Origin: Prevotella sp.
GTDB taxonomy: Bacteria; Bacteroidota; Bacteroidia; Bacteroidales; Bacteroidaceae
Length of the DNA: 64,000 nucleotides
Assembly: GCA_022781445.1 (NCBI GenBank)
Contig: JALETQ010000018.1
Coordinates: forward strand, 323 to 64,322
Reading direction: 5' to 3'
This document shows positions 27,015 through 36,135 of this stretch, piece after piece. The notes beneath the pieces were generated by a model. It was not told where the DNA came from. It made no database searches and saw nothing but the letters and a program-made list of their open reading frames with translations. The position numbers were made by a program, and so were the translations under genes. Within the stretch, counting starts at the first letter, position 1. The number at the start of each line of letters is the position of its first letter.

Positions 27015-28319
27015 TTATTGGTTGTTCACATATACGATACGGTTGAACTCATATCCTTCGGCGATGGTGGCTCCCTTGACGGTCTTGCCGGTACGGCTGT
27101 CGTACACATAGATGCAGGGATTGCCTTTTTTGGGGTTCACGCCGATGAACACCTTGCCTCCCAATACGAACGAACGCTGTGAGAACGTGCCGCTGCTGAA
27201 CGGCAGAAGCGTGCCTTGACATTCTATTTCGCTGAGGCGATCGGTGGCGATGTCATAGATGGCATAGTAGCAGTTGTAGTCGTTTCCCCATCCTTTCTTC
27301 AGTTTGGGGTCGCTGCTGAGTCCCGTCTTCACGGGGTCTTGGATGTAGAGAATGGCTTTGTTGTTGCCGATGTAGTCGCAGGTGACGATCTTGCCGGTGA
27401 ACTCTGTCATCTTGAAGCCGGTGTAAGCGGTGTCGAATTCCTTGCTTCCGGCTTTGATGCGGACGATGCGGCTGTAGGCACAGGTCGACGTTTCGCTGCC
27501 GGGAATCCGGCTCACCAGCGGCACATACAGGTTGTCTTGGTCGTCGAAGAAGGCTTTGCTTTGCAGCAATTCGCCGTAGGCCGAGCCTGCAAGGTCTTCA
27601 CCTACGGTGGTGGAGGTCACGTTTTCGACCTTCATGTCGGCAGGGTTGATGAGGGCGGCATAGACTCTCTTTTCGCCGTTTTTGTGCTTTTCGCTGTAGA
27701 GATAGATGATCTTGTTGTCCTTACTGCGGTATTTGGCAATGCCCGAGGTGCTGTAGGTTTTCACTTGCGGAGTCTTCTCGGGCAGTCCCAGCGCGCCTTC
27801 GGCAATGATGCTCATGTCATCGGTGTTGATCTTTGTCCAGATCACGTCGTTCTTGTCGCCGTTGGCCGCCATGATGACGAGCGTGTTGCCATTGATGAAA
27901 GTGTGCGTGTAGCGGCGGTCGAGATAGGTGTTCTTGGCAAAAGGACGCTCGGCAACGGTGACGATATTGCCGTTCTCGATGGTGTATTTGCCGAATCTGT
28001 CTTTCTCGCGGGGTATCTGATAGTAGTAGCGGCCTTTGATGATCGATTCCTGATAGAGCTTGGCCGTCACGTCGGCACCTTGGTTCTTGAAGTCGATGAT
28101 GCCTTCGTCCGACAGCGAGGGCACGTTCTTGACCACAAGGGCTGCTCCCGAGCCCATGCCGCCCGATTCGCCTACGCTCACCCAAACGTCGAAATGGACT
28201 TTCGAGAATACGTCGTCCGTACCGGGTGTGGGGTTGTCGTTGTTGTCCGAACAGGCGGAGAAGTTGAGGCATGTCAGCATGGCCATGGAGGCAAGCAGCA
28301 TTGATTTGATTGTTTTCAT
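27015..28319 (-). CDS. Surface lipoprotein, beta-propeller-like (DUF4374/XusB-position protein; family tentative)
   Basis: 434 aa. Lipoprotein signal MKTIKSMLLASMAMLTCLNFSACSDNNDN. Repetitive beta-strand-rich sequence. It sits between a TonB receptor and a PepSY protein, as DUF4374 proteins do in Bacteroides. Confidence 0.55.
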   Translation of the reverse strand: MKTIKSMLLASMAMLTCLNFSACSDNNDNPTPGTDDVFSKVHFDVWVSVGESGGMGSGAALVVKNVPSLSDEGIIDFKNQGADVTAKLYQESIIKGRYYYQIPREKDRFGKYTIENGNIVTVAERPFAKNTYLDRRYTHTFINGNTLVIMAANGDKNDVIWTKINTDDMSIIAEGALGLPEKTPQVKTYSTSGIAKYRSKDNKIIYLYSEKHKNGEKRVYAALINPADMKVENVTSTTVGEDLAGSAYGELLQSKAFFDDQDNLYVPLVSRIPGSETSTCAYSRIVRIKAGSKEFDTAYTGFKMTEFTGKIVTCDYIGNNKAILYIQDPVKTGLSSDPKLKKGWGNDYNCYYAIYDIATDRLSEIECQGTLLPFSSGTFSQRSFVLGGKVFIGVNPKKGNPCIYVYDSRTGKTVKGATIAEGYEFNRIVYVNNQ

Positions 28320-28337
28320 GATGTTGATGGTTTGTTG

Positions 28338-30479
28338 TTAGTGTATGAATAATCTGAATTTGCACATGATTTGTCTGCCGGGCTTCTGCATTCTGAAGTT
28401 GTCGAAGGCGGTCCGGTCGAAGAGATTGTCGCATTCGAGCGAGAGGTTGTAGCGCATTTGTTTCCACGAATAGGTGATGGAAGCCGTATGGATGTGCTGC
28501 GTGGGGATGCGGTCCTTGGACGACAGGGTGCCGTATCCTTCCCATGTGAGGAAAAACCAATGGGTGTAATGGTAGTTGTAGTCGAAGCGCAAGGCGGTGC
28601 CGGCGATGCCGAAGAGGTCGCGGCGGGTAATGCTCAACTCGGCATTGCCGAAGAGCCACGGACGGTTGGGTACGTCGTTGCGGTAGGTCACCGAGGGTTT
28701 GCCGTCGGCCTTGTACCGGTTTTGGTCGACCGACTTCTGATAGGTGAGGTTGGTCGTCAGCTCGATGAAGTCCCTGTAGCGGTATTTCAGTTCGCCCTCC
28801 ACGCCCTTCATGTCGACGTTGCGCACGTTGTCGTACTGCAGCATGCCTTCCGATGCCGACAGGACGGGATAGATGAAATCCTTGACATGGCGGTAGAAAG
28901 CCGACAGGTCGTAGCCGATGCTGTGGTCGTCGCCGCCGAAACGCATCTCGCCATACAGACCTGCATTGATGTTGTTTCCCGTTTCGGGGCGCAGGGCGAG
29001 GTTGGCGTAGACGGTGGTTCCGTTGCCCAGCAGCTCGCGGGCGAGCGGAAGGCGTGCCGTATGCTCGAACGATGCCTTGAGCGAGAGTAGGGGAGAGAAG
29101 GTGAAGCGGCTGCCGATGCCATAGCCCGGATAGTGCTTGGTGGCCTGACGGTCGATCGTTCCGGCGTTGGTGATCCACGAAAGGTCGTTCTGGTGTATGT
29201 TCACGTGGTTGATATAGTCCTTCAGAAACACCATGTTCACCCATCTGCCGTCCATGAGTTGTTGGTCGAACGAAAGTCCGATGACGTGTTTGGTCAGCCG
29301 GTCGTCGGTCGGGACGAAGTCGGCATCGAGGTCATCGCGCCGTCGGTTGCCCTGACGGGTCATCACATAGTTGAGGTTGAGGGAGCGGGTGGCCGAGAAC
29401 TTGTAGTTCCAGTTGGTGCGCAGCAGCAGCAGGGGGCGTTCGATGTGGCGCAGCTGGCGTGCCCTGCCGGTAATCTCGTTGCGCGTGGTGGTGATGTAAG
29501 TGCGGTCCCAGCGGTATTTGCGGTATGCCGAATCGACCACCAGACTGTGGTCGTGGGTGAACGACACGAAGGCGTTCAAGGCAAGGCGCGGCAGCAGGAA
29601 TCCCTCTTTCCGGTAGCGTGCCGACACACTCCAGCGGTCTTGCCGGCGTTCGGCTTCGCCATACACCACGCTTTGGGTCTGCCCGGTCTGCAGTTCCTTG
29701 CGCACCCCGTTGTAGTAGAACGACACGAAGCAGGCGTCTGTCCAAGACTTGTTTTCAAAGCCGGCCTCCAGCTGTCCGCTCCACGAACGGTAGGCATCGT
29801 GGAAGCGTTTGACCTGCCGGTTGACATACCTGCCCGTCTCCTCGTCCCACAGCTCGATGTCTTTCATCGTGTAGTTGTTCTTCGAATAGTCGGCGCGGAA
29901 CGACGGCTGAAGCACGAGTCCCGAACCTTGAAGCACGAAGCGGCCCGAGAAGTCGCCGCACAGGGTGTTGAACGAGCCGCCCGTCACCGAGGCGTCGACG
30001 AAATTGTTTCTTGATTTCTTGGTCACGATGTTGACGGCCCCGCCCAGGGCATCGGTGCCCAGATAGGCAGGGACGACGCCTTTGTAGACCTCGACGTGGT
30101 GGATGATGTTGACGGGAATGGTTGAAAGGGCCGATTCGGCGCCACGCGTTTCCAGCGGCACCCCGTCGATGAAGTAGCGGACGGCATTGCCCGACAGGCC
30201 GTTGATGGACAAGTCGATGTCGGCACCCAGCCCTCCCTCGCGACGCACACGCACGCCCGTCGAGCGGTCGAGCAGGGTGTTGAGGTCGGTGAGGGTGTTT
30301 GCCTGCGCGCCGATGCGGATGGCATTGACGTTGAAGGCACCGTCGTGGACGCGTCTGACACGGTTCTTGCCATACACGTGAACCGACTTGAGGGTGATGG
30401 TGTCCGGCATTTCGGCTTGCGGAAATGCGGCGACGGGCATAATGAAGAATGCCAGCCCGAGTAAGAATGAACGTACCAT
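28338..30479 (-). CDS. TonB-dependent outer-membrane receptor (riboswitch-controlled, BtuB-like role)
   Basis: 713 aa. Signal peptide, plug domain (GVRVRREGGLGADIDLSINGLSGNAVRYFIDGVPL), barrel, C-terminal ...CKFRLFIH. Directly preceded by a cobalamin riboswitch. Confidence 0.85.
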   Translation of the reverse strand: MVRSFLLGLAFFIMPVAAFPQAEMPDTITLKSVHVYGKNRVRRVHDGAFNVNAIRIGAQANTLTDLNTLLDRSTGVRVRREGGLGADIDLSINGLSGNAVRYFIDGVPLETRGAESALSTIPVNIIHHVEVYKGVVPAYLGTDALGGAVNIVTKKSRNNFVDASVTGGSFNTLCGDFSGRFVLQGSGLVLQPSFRADYSKNNYTMKDIELWDEETGRYVNRQVKRFHDAYRSWSGQLEAGFENKSWTDACFVSFYYNGVRKELQTGQTQSVVYGEAERRQDRWSVSARYRKEGFLLPRLALNAFVSFTHDHSLVVDSAYRKYRWDRTYITTTRNEITGRARQLRHIERPLLLLRTNWNYKFSATRSLNLNYVMTRQGNRRRDDLDADFVPTDDRLTKHVIGLSFDQQLMDGRWVNMVFLKDYINHVNIHQNDLSWITNAGTIDRQATKHYPGYGIGSRFTFSPLLSLKASFEHTARLPLARELLGNGTTVYANLALRPETGNNINAGLYGEMRFGGDDHSIGYDLSAFYRHVKDFIYPVLSASEGMLQYDNVRNVDMKGVEGELKYRYRDFIELTTNLTYQKSVDQNRYKADGKPSVTYRNDVPNRPWLFGNAELSITRRDLFGIAGTALRFDYNYHYTHWFFLTWEGYGTLSSKDRIPTQHIHTASITYSWKQMRYNLSLECDNLFDRTAFDNFRMQKPGRQIMCKFRLFIH

Positions 30480-30520
30480 AAGAATATTATATTGAGGCTC
30501 TTGACCCGAGAACCCATTAT

Positions 30521-30690
30521 CGTTGAACCGGCAGGTCTTCTGACTCGCTCTATCATCAACGCCTTCCCGTCAATAGGACAGTGGCCGTGTGGTCGATGAA
30601 ACAAAGAGCTTACAGCAGCGGGTACTGTTCAGGATTTGCACCTGATTCCCTTTTTCTCCCTGTCGGTTGGCAACCGGCAGGAACCAAATT
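30521..30690 (-). promoter_or_regulatory. Cobalamin (B12) riboswitch
   Basis: The minus-strand RNA carries all core elements in order: AGGGAAUCAGGUGCAAAUCCUGAACAGUACCCGCUGCUGUAA, GGCCACUG, GGGAAGG and the B12 box GAGUCAGAAGACCUGCC (plus-strand 30530..30546). It ends about 40 nt before the receptor ATG at 30479. Confidence 0.85.
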
Positions 30691-30951
30691 CGGCCGCAAA
30701 GGTAATCATTCTTTCCTTGACAATCAAATATTTTGACGTGTTTTCCCTTACTGTTGTCCGTCTTCCGCCTCGAATCCGGTGTAGCTTGCCTGCGTCTTCC
30801 GCTTGTTCTTTCCCGACAAATCCCACTTGTTTTGCTCATGTTCCCATTCTCTTGGTTGTCAGAGCCTGTCGGACACTGCAAGGCAGATGCGTTATTGGTT
30901 GCGGTGTCGGCAGATATTCCTCAGGGTTTCAGGGCACGTTACATTGCGTCG

Positions 30952-31309
30952 GCACTATATCAATGGTATGGACTGACACTATAGCAATAGTGTGGATTGA
31001 CACTATAGCAATAGTATGGATTGACACTATAGCAATAGTATGGATTGACACTATAGTAATAGTATGGATTGACACTATAGCAATAGTATGGATTGACACT
31101 ATAGCAATAGTATGGATTGACACTATAGCAATAGTATGGATTGACACTATAGCAATAGTATGGATTGATACTATAGGAATAGTATGGATTGACACTATAG
31201 GAATAGTATGGACTGACACTATATCAATAGTATGGATTGACACTATAGCAATAGTATGGACTGACACTATAGCAATAGTATGGATTGACATCATAGAATA
31301 GTGTGGATT
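30952..31309. repeat. Intergenic tandem array: 24-bp unit GATTGACACTATAGCAATAGTATG, 14 full copies plus partial ends
   Basis: Units phase exactly every 24 bp from 30971 to 31305. Variants occur at a few positions (GACTGA, GATACT, TAGTAA, TAGGAA, TATCAA). Each unit contains the mini-palindrome ACTAT-AGCA-ATAGT. No spacers are present. Confidence 0.95.
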
Positions 31310-31353
31310 CCTGTTATGGTGTGGCATCGGTTGCCCCCATCGGCTTCGGGCAT

Positions 31354-31392
31354 AAAAAAAGGAATGCGCCTTGTTTGCACTTGGCACATTCC
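31354..31392 (-). terminator. Rho-independent terminator of the lipoprotein gene
   Basis: 10-bp stem GGAATGCGCC (31361..31370) with GGCACATTCC (31383..31392). On the minus strand it is followed by U7 (plus-strand A-run 31354..31360). It lies 24 nt after the stop. Confidence 0.75.
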
Positions 31393-31415
31393 CCGGTGAT
31401 GATAAAGGATGCAGG

Positions 31416-32945
31416 TTATCGATAGTCGGCATGTTGCGGATCGAACTCGGTCCATCCGTCGAGCCAGTTGTCGCCGGCATGGAAGGCTCCGATATAGGGC
31501 ACTTTCGTGAACCAGCCGTTGAGCAGGGTGTGGTTGAAGGCGGCTGCCGTGAGCAGGGGGCTTCCTTGGGCGGGCATGAACCCGTTGAGCAGCAGCTGGC
31601 CGAGGTCTTCGACGTAGCGGTTGCCGCTTTGGGCGAGGAAGTAGGTCGAGGAGAACGAGCGTTGGCTGTAGTCGAAGACGTTGGGCTTGCCGTATTCGAT
31701 GAGGAGCGCGTCTTCATAGACTTTGTTGCCGTCGGTTCCCACCACGTCCATGTCGGCAAACCAGATGTTGTTGAGGGTCATGTTGCCGTCTTTTGCGTTG
31801 CCCTGCGTATTGCCTTTCTCGTTGTCGAGAATCAGGCCGACGGGGAATCCGGCGGCAACGGAGTTGAAGCAGTTCAGGCGCGTGTTGCGACGCAGGTGCA
31901 TGGCGGCCTGGAACTTGCCGAGGGCCGAGCCGTTGTTGGGGAAGAGGTCACCGCCGTTGATGTAGTCGGTGTTGTTCTGGAACGAGGGATCCGCCTTGGG
32001 GCCGATGAAGGTGATGTTTGAGAAAGTGGCAGCGGTGAAGGGCAGGATGTTGCTGCCGTCGGCACTGTTGTCGCTTTCGAAGCCGTTGCTTTGCGAACCG
32101 TCGGCGATGCGCGGGTCGCGGATCACGAGGCCGAACTGCACTTTGCCCGAGTAGCCGTTGTCGGTGTCGAAGTCGTCATCCCATCCTTTGTATGCCACGA
32201 GATATTTGGCATTGACCGTACCGCCGAACCATTCGTAGGAGTCGTCGTTGGAGTAGCTCACCTGTATGTGGTCGACCGTTGTGCCGCTGCCGACGCTTCC
32301 GAAGGTGAGCCCGTTGATTTCCTTGTCCTTCTGGAAGGGATAGCCGGCAAACTCGATACGGACGTAGCTCAGCACACCCGAGTTGTCCTGGTCGTCGTTT
32401 CCGCCGTGCTTGGTGCGCGGACCGCCTTCGATCTGCATTTCCTTCTGGTTGTTGAGGGCGTTGCCGCAGAGGATGATTCCGCCCCAGTCGCCGGGCTTGC
32501 GCTGTCCCTTCTCCTGTTCGGAGGTGAAGACGATGGGTTGGGTGGGTGTACCTTGAGCGAAGAGCTTGCCGCCCCGTTCGACGATGAGTGCGGCCTTGGT
32601 GTCTTTGTCGCCTTTGATGACGGTACCGGGTTCGATGGTCAGTTCGGCACCTTTACCCACATAGACCCATCCTTTGAGGAGATAAGTGCCTTTCTTGAGG
32701 GTTTGCTTGCCGGTGAAGACGATTTCCTGGTCACCGTTTCCGATTTCTTTTCCGTTGGGGTCTGCTTTACCGTCGGTGAACAATATGCGGTTGCAGGCCT
32801 TGATTCCCGCATCGGTCGACCACACATATTCGTCGCCGGGCTTGACCGAAGGGGTGTCGGTGTCGTTGTTGTCGTCACTGCATGCTACCACCGTCAGTGC
32901 GATGGCGAGAAGCCCGAGGGCTTTCCATTGGTTCATTTTTTTCAT
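31416..32945 (-). CDS. Surface lipoprotein of unknown function, beta-helix-like repeats, partner of the upstream TonB receptor
   Basis: Start at MKKMNQWKALGLLAIALTVVACSDDNN (lipobox, ATG 32945); 509 aa. Contains GDWGGIILCG, VDHIQVSYSNDDSYEWFGG and DDDFDTDNGYSG. No family name could be confidently recalled. Confidence 0.6.
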   Translation of the reverse strand: MKKMNQWKALGLLAIALTVVACSDDNNDTDTPSVKPGDEYVWSTDAGIKACNRILFTDGKADPNGKEIGNGDQEIVFTGKQTLKKGTYLLKGWVYVGKGAELTIEPGTVIKGDKDTKAALIVERGGKLFAQGTPTQPIVFTSEQEKGQRKPGDWGGIILCGNALNNQKEMQIEGGPRTKHGGNDDQDNSGVLSYVRIEFAGYPFQKDKEINGLTFGSVGSGTTVDHIQVSYSNDDSYEWFGGTVNAKYLVAYKGWDDDFDTDNGYSGKVQFGLVIRDPRIADGSQSNGFESDNSADGSNILPFTAATFSNITFIGPKADPSFQNNTDYINGGDLFPNNGSALGKFQAAMHLRRNTRLNCFNSVAAGFPVGLILDNEKGNTQGNAKDGNMTLNNIWFADMDVVGTDGNKVYEDALLIEYGKPNVFDYSQRSFSSTYFLAQSGNRYVEDLGQLLLNGFMPAQGSPLLTAAAFNHTLLNGWFTKVPYIGAFHAGDNWLDGWTEFDPQHADYR

Positions 32946-33031
32946 ACTTGTTCTGGTTAATAACATCCTGATTGTTCCTTTTATGTGTTCCTCTTGGCGA
33001 GGCTGCTTGTTGATGGAATGGGCAGTGGGTA

Positions 33032-35824
33032 TCAGAAGTTGTAGGTAACGCTGAATCCCATGTTCCTGCCCGGTTTGTACTGACGCGTTATCTGGTCGAT
33101 TTCCTTCTGCCGTCCGTCGGGATAGCTCACTTCGGCAATCTGTTTGTAGGTCACTTTCTGCGCGAAGAGGTCTTTGATGTAGGCTTTGGCTTCCCAGTGC
33201 CTGCCGAACTTCTTGGAGACGGTGATGTCGATCATGTCGCGGGGCATTTCGTAGCTGTCGGGAATGCGGGCGTTTTCATCGCTGCCGGTGGTGCCTTCCG
33301 AACGTCCCACACCGATGATGCGCTTGCCGATGCGGTTATAGAGCAAGGCTATGCTGAGTTGTTGGGGGTCGTTGCGGTAGAAGAGTCCGGTGTTGATCAG
33401 ATAGGGGCTTTGTCCCTGCATGGGGCGGTTGCTCTCCTTTGCTCCGGCGGGGAAATTGACGCGGCTGTGAATCAGCGAGCCGTTGAACGACCAGCTGAGG
33501 AAGGGCAGGCCGATGAAGTCGAGGTTCTTGCGCACGTCGAGTTCCAGTCCGATGGCGTTCGCACTCTGTGCATTCTTGTACGAGTAGATGAGGTCGGTTC
33601 CGCCGGCGACGGTGTAAGTCCATTCGATGGGCGAATCGAAGTGCTTGAAGAAGGCAGCGAGCGACACCGTTTCGCCTTTGGAGGGATAGAATTCGTAGCG
33701 CAGGTCGATGTTGTGGATGTAGCTCGGCTTGAGCTCGGTGTTGCCCTGCACGCTCGAAGCGAGGTCGAAGTCGTAGTAAACGCTCGAGGATACTTCTCGA
33801 AACTCGGGCCGGTTGATGCTCTTGCCGTAGGAGAAACGCACCTGATGCCTGTCGTCGGCACGGTAATTGGCACTGACGGAAGGGAAGAGGTCGTTGTAGG
33901 TGTAGAACGTGCTGAGCGGACTCTTCTCGTAGTCTCGTGTGTTGGAGATGAGTTCCATGCGGCTATGCTCGAAGCGTATGCCGGCATGGATGTCGAATTT
34001 GCCGAGGGGAAGCGAGGTCGTGACATAGCCGGCACCCATACGGTTGTTGCCTTCGTAGTGGTTTCTGTAGCGCACCTGTTCGAGCATGTAGAGCTTGTCC
34101 TCTCCGAAGAAATCATCGGTGGAGAGCAGCTCGGTGATGTCGATGTGGCGGAAGTCGTATGGAAGACTGTTGTTCACCGCGTTCCAGTTGTAGATGAATT
34201 CGCGGGTTTTGTACCTGCGGGTGCGGTATTCGCCATAAGCACCGAATCGGATGGTGGGATCGAAGCTCTTGAAATGTAGGTCGTAACGATGGCTGACGTT
34301 GAGCGAGATGATGTGTTCGTCGAGCTTTGTCCATTCGCGCGAAATGTCGTTTCCTGTCGAAAGTCCCATCACACCGGCCTCGAGGGCGTCGTCTTGGAGG
34401 TAACGCCGGCGGTCGGGCAGGTGACGGTTGGCGTAGGCATAGCCCACGCTCCAGTCGGTTTCATGGTCTTCCGTGGTGTGCTTGCCGCTGATTTGGGTGT
34501 TGATGGTGGTGCGGCTGCGGTAATAGTATTCGGCACTCTGTTCGCTGTCCGACTGGGCATTGACCCCTTTTCGCCATGTGTAGCGGTTGTTGCCCAACTG
34601 ATTGAAGATGTTTTTCCACTCCACTTTGTGCATGCCGTTGCCCGAAAGCCATGTGAGGTTGGCCATCGCACCGATGCGGGAGTTGTGGTTGTACTGGTTG
34701 TCGATGCTGTGGCGGAGGTACACGCTGCGGTCGTTCACCACGTCATAGATGCCGAAGAGATTGTTGGCCATGTCGGTGTGGCTCCGATAGTCGTTGCTGT
34801 AGTTCATCAGGGCGATGAGTCCGAGCTTGCTCCCCTTGATGTCCCAACGCCAGTTCCAGCTCAGGGTGAGCTTCATGTCGGGCAGAGCCTTGTTCTTGTT
34901 CACCTTCCAGTCGTTGTTCAAACCGTTGTCCAGCAGGTTTACACCACTGTTGGTAAAGGTGTTGAGACGGCTGTCGATGCCGCCGTCGAGAGATCTCTTG
35001 CCGTTGTCGAAGCCGAGGAAGTCGGTTCCCGAGCCGCTCGAATAACGGAAGTCCTTCGATGTGGTGACATCATTCCAGTTACCGCCCAGACTGATGTTGA
35101 AAGCGTTTTGCGAGGGAATGTCTTTGGTTCTGATGAGGATGAAGCCGCCGCTGTAGTCGGCAGGGTATTCGGCCGACGGTGTCTTGATGATGGTGAGCCG
35201 GTCGATTTGTCCCGATGGAATGATGTCGAAGGAGAAGGCTCGGCTGTCGGCTTCCGAACTCGGCACGGCTCCACCGTTGATCCATACGTTGTTGTACCGT
35301 TGCGACAGGCCACGCACCATGACGAATTTGTCGTCAATGAGGCTCACGCCCGGCACGCGACGGATGACTTCGCCGGCATTGGAGTCTTGCGAGCGTTGGA
35401 TTTCCTGTGCCGAGATGTTGCTCACGATGAAGTTGCTGCGTTGCAACTCTTCAATCATCGCGGTCTGCGTGTTGGCTTTTTTCATGCCAGTTACCGATAC
35501 TTCGCCGATGCTCTTGCTGTCGGGTTGCAACGCGAAAGTCACCGTTTGGGGCGACTTGGAAGCCACGATGCCTTTGAGTGTGAGGGGCAGGTAGCCGATG
35601 TATTTGATGGTGACGGCATATTTCCTGCCTTCGGTCAGTCCGCTCATCCTGAAGTTGCCGTCGAGGTCGGTCACACCGAGTGCCTGAATTTCGTCGATCG
35701 AGACGGTGGCACCGATGAGCGTCTCGCCCGTTTGTTTGTCGATTACTTTTCCTGCAATGTCTTGGGCTTGGGCTGCCGTCATGCCGGCGAGCAACGCCAA
35801 GGCTGTCAATCCTTTTTTCATCAT
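33032..35824 (-). CDS. TonB-dependent receptor with N-terminal carboxypeptidase-regulatory-like domain
   Basis: About 930 aa. Signal MMKKGLTALALLAGMTAAQAQ, then DIAGKVIDKQTGETLIGATVSI...DLDGNF (CarbopepD_reg-like), a plug (GVSLIDDKFVMVRGLSQRYNNVWINGG), a barrel, and C-terminal ...GFSVTYNF. The track ORF start at 35851 lies only 5 nt from the -7 box, so Met10/11 is preferred. Confidence 0.85.
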   Translation of the reverse strand: MMKKGLTALALLAGMTAAQAQDIAGKVIDKQTGETLIGATVSIDEIQALGVTDLDGNFRMSGLTEGRKYAVTIKYIGYLPLTLKGIVASKSPQTVTFALQPDSKSIGEVSVTGMKKANTQTAMIEELQRSNFIVSNISAQEIQRSQDSNAGEVIRRVPGVSLIDDKFVMVRGLSQRYNNVWINGGAVPSSEADSRAFSFDIIPSGQIDRLTIIKTPSAEYPADYSGGFILIRTKDIPSQNAFNISLGGNWNDVTTSKDFRYSSGSGTDFLGFDNGKRSLDGGIDSRLNTFTNSGVNLLDNGLNNDWKVNKNKALPDMKLTLSWNWRWDIKGSKLGLIALMNYSNDYRSHTDMANNLFGIYDVVNDRSVYLRHSIDNQYNHNSRIGAMANLTWLSGNGMHKVEWKNIFNQLGNNRYTWRKGVNAQSDSEQSAEYYYRSRTTINTQISGKHTTEDHETDWSVGYAYANRHLPDRRRYLQDDALEAGVMGLSTGNDISREWTKLDEHIISLNVSHRYDLHFKSFDPTIRFGAYGEYRTRRYKTREFIYNWNAVNNSLPYDFRHIDITELLSTDDFFGEDKLYMLEQVRYRNHYEGNNRMGAGYVTTSLPLGKFDIHAGIRFEHSRMELISNTRDYEKSPLSTFYTYNDLFPSVSANYRADDRHQVRFSYGKSINRPEFREVSSSVYYDFDLASSVQGNTELKPSYIHNIDLRYEFYPSKGETVSLAAFFKHFDSPIEWTYTVAGGTDLIYSYKNAQSANAIGLELDVRKNLDFIGLPFLSWSFNGSLIHSRVNFPAGAKESNRPMQGQSPYLINTGLFYRNDPQQLSIALLYNRIGKRIIGVGRSEGTTGSDENARIPDSYEMPRDMIDITVSKKFGRHWEAKAYIKDLFAQKVTYKQIAEVSYPDGRQKEIDQITRQYKPGRNMGFSVTYNF

Positions 35825-35855
35825 AGTCATTTCTTGCACTTTTGTTTTCACGCTG

Positions 35856-35863
35856 CAAAGGTA
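35856..35863 (-). promoter_or_regulatory. -7 box TACCTTTG for the TonB receptor/lipoprotein pair
   Basis: Plus-strand CAAAGGTA equals minus-strand TACCTTTG, 32 nt upstream of the preferred ATG at 35824. Confidence 0.5.
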
Positions 35864-36099
35864 TGATAGTATTGTTACAGGATTTTTGCTATCGTGTGAT
35901 GAAGCCGTGACAAGAAAGTTTCAATGCCGTTACACGTCCGAACGTCCTACGGTCATCATCTCTTCTGCCGATTCAACTCACATGGCAACATATATATAAT
36001 GGTATCCTCATACAAGGTTCATGGATGCAGAACCGGGTGGTATGGTGACGGATTGGGGCTAAATCCGGCTCGATATTTGGCAGGTTAGCCGAAAGTTCC

Positions 36100-36107
36100 T
36101 ATTTTTG
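36100..36107 (+). promoter_or_regulatory. -7 box TATTTTTG upstream of the secreted-protein gene
   Basis: TATTTTTGCAG lies 29 nt before the ATG at 36136. Confidence 0.45.
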
Positions 36108-36135
36108 CAGCGGTTAATTTACTCACAAATCAAAT

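Noticed and set aside
30952-31309. Possible CRISPR array
   Set aside because: The repeats are directly abutting with no unique spacers, the unit is only 24 bp, and there are no cas genes in the window.
30636-31759. ORFs 30636..31301 (+) and 30929..31759 (-), translating as WIDTIAIV and IHTIAIVS repeats
   Set aside because: They are open only because the 24-bp unit is a multiple of three and lacks stops. They also run through the riboswitch or the real lipoprotein gene end and its terminator. They are not credible proteins.
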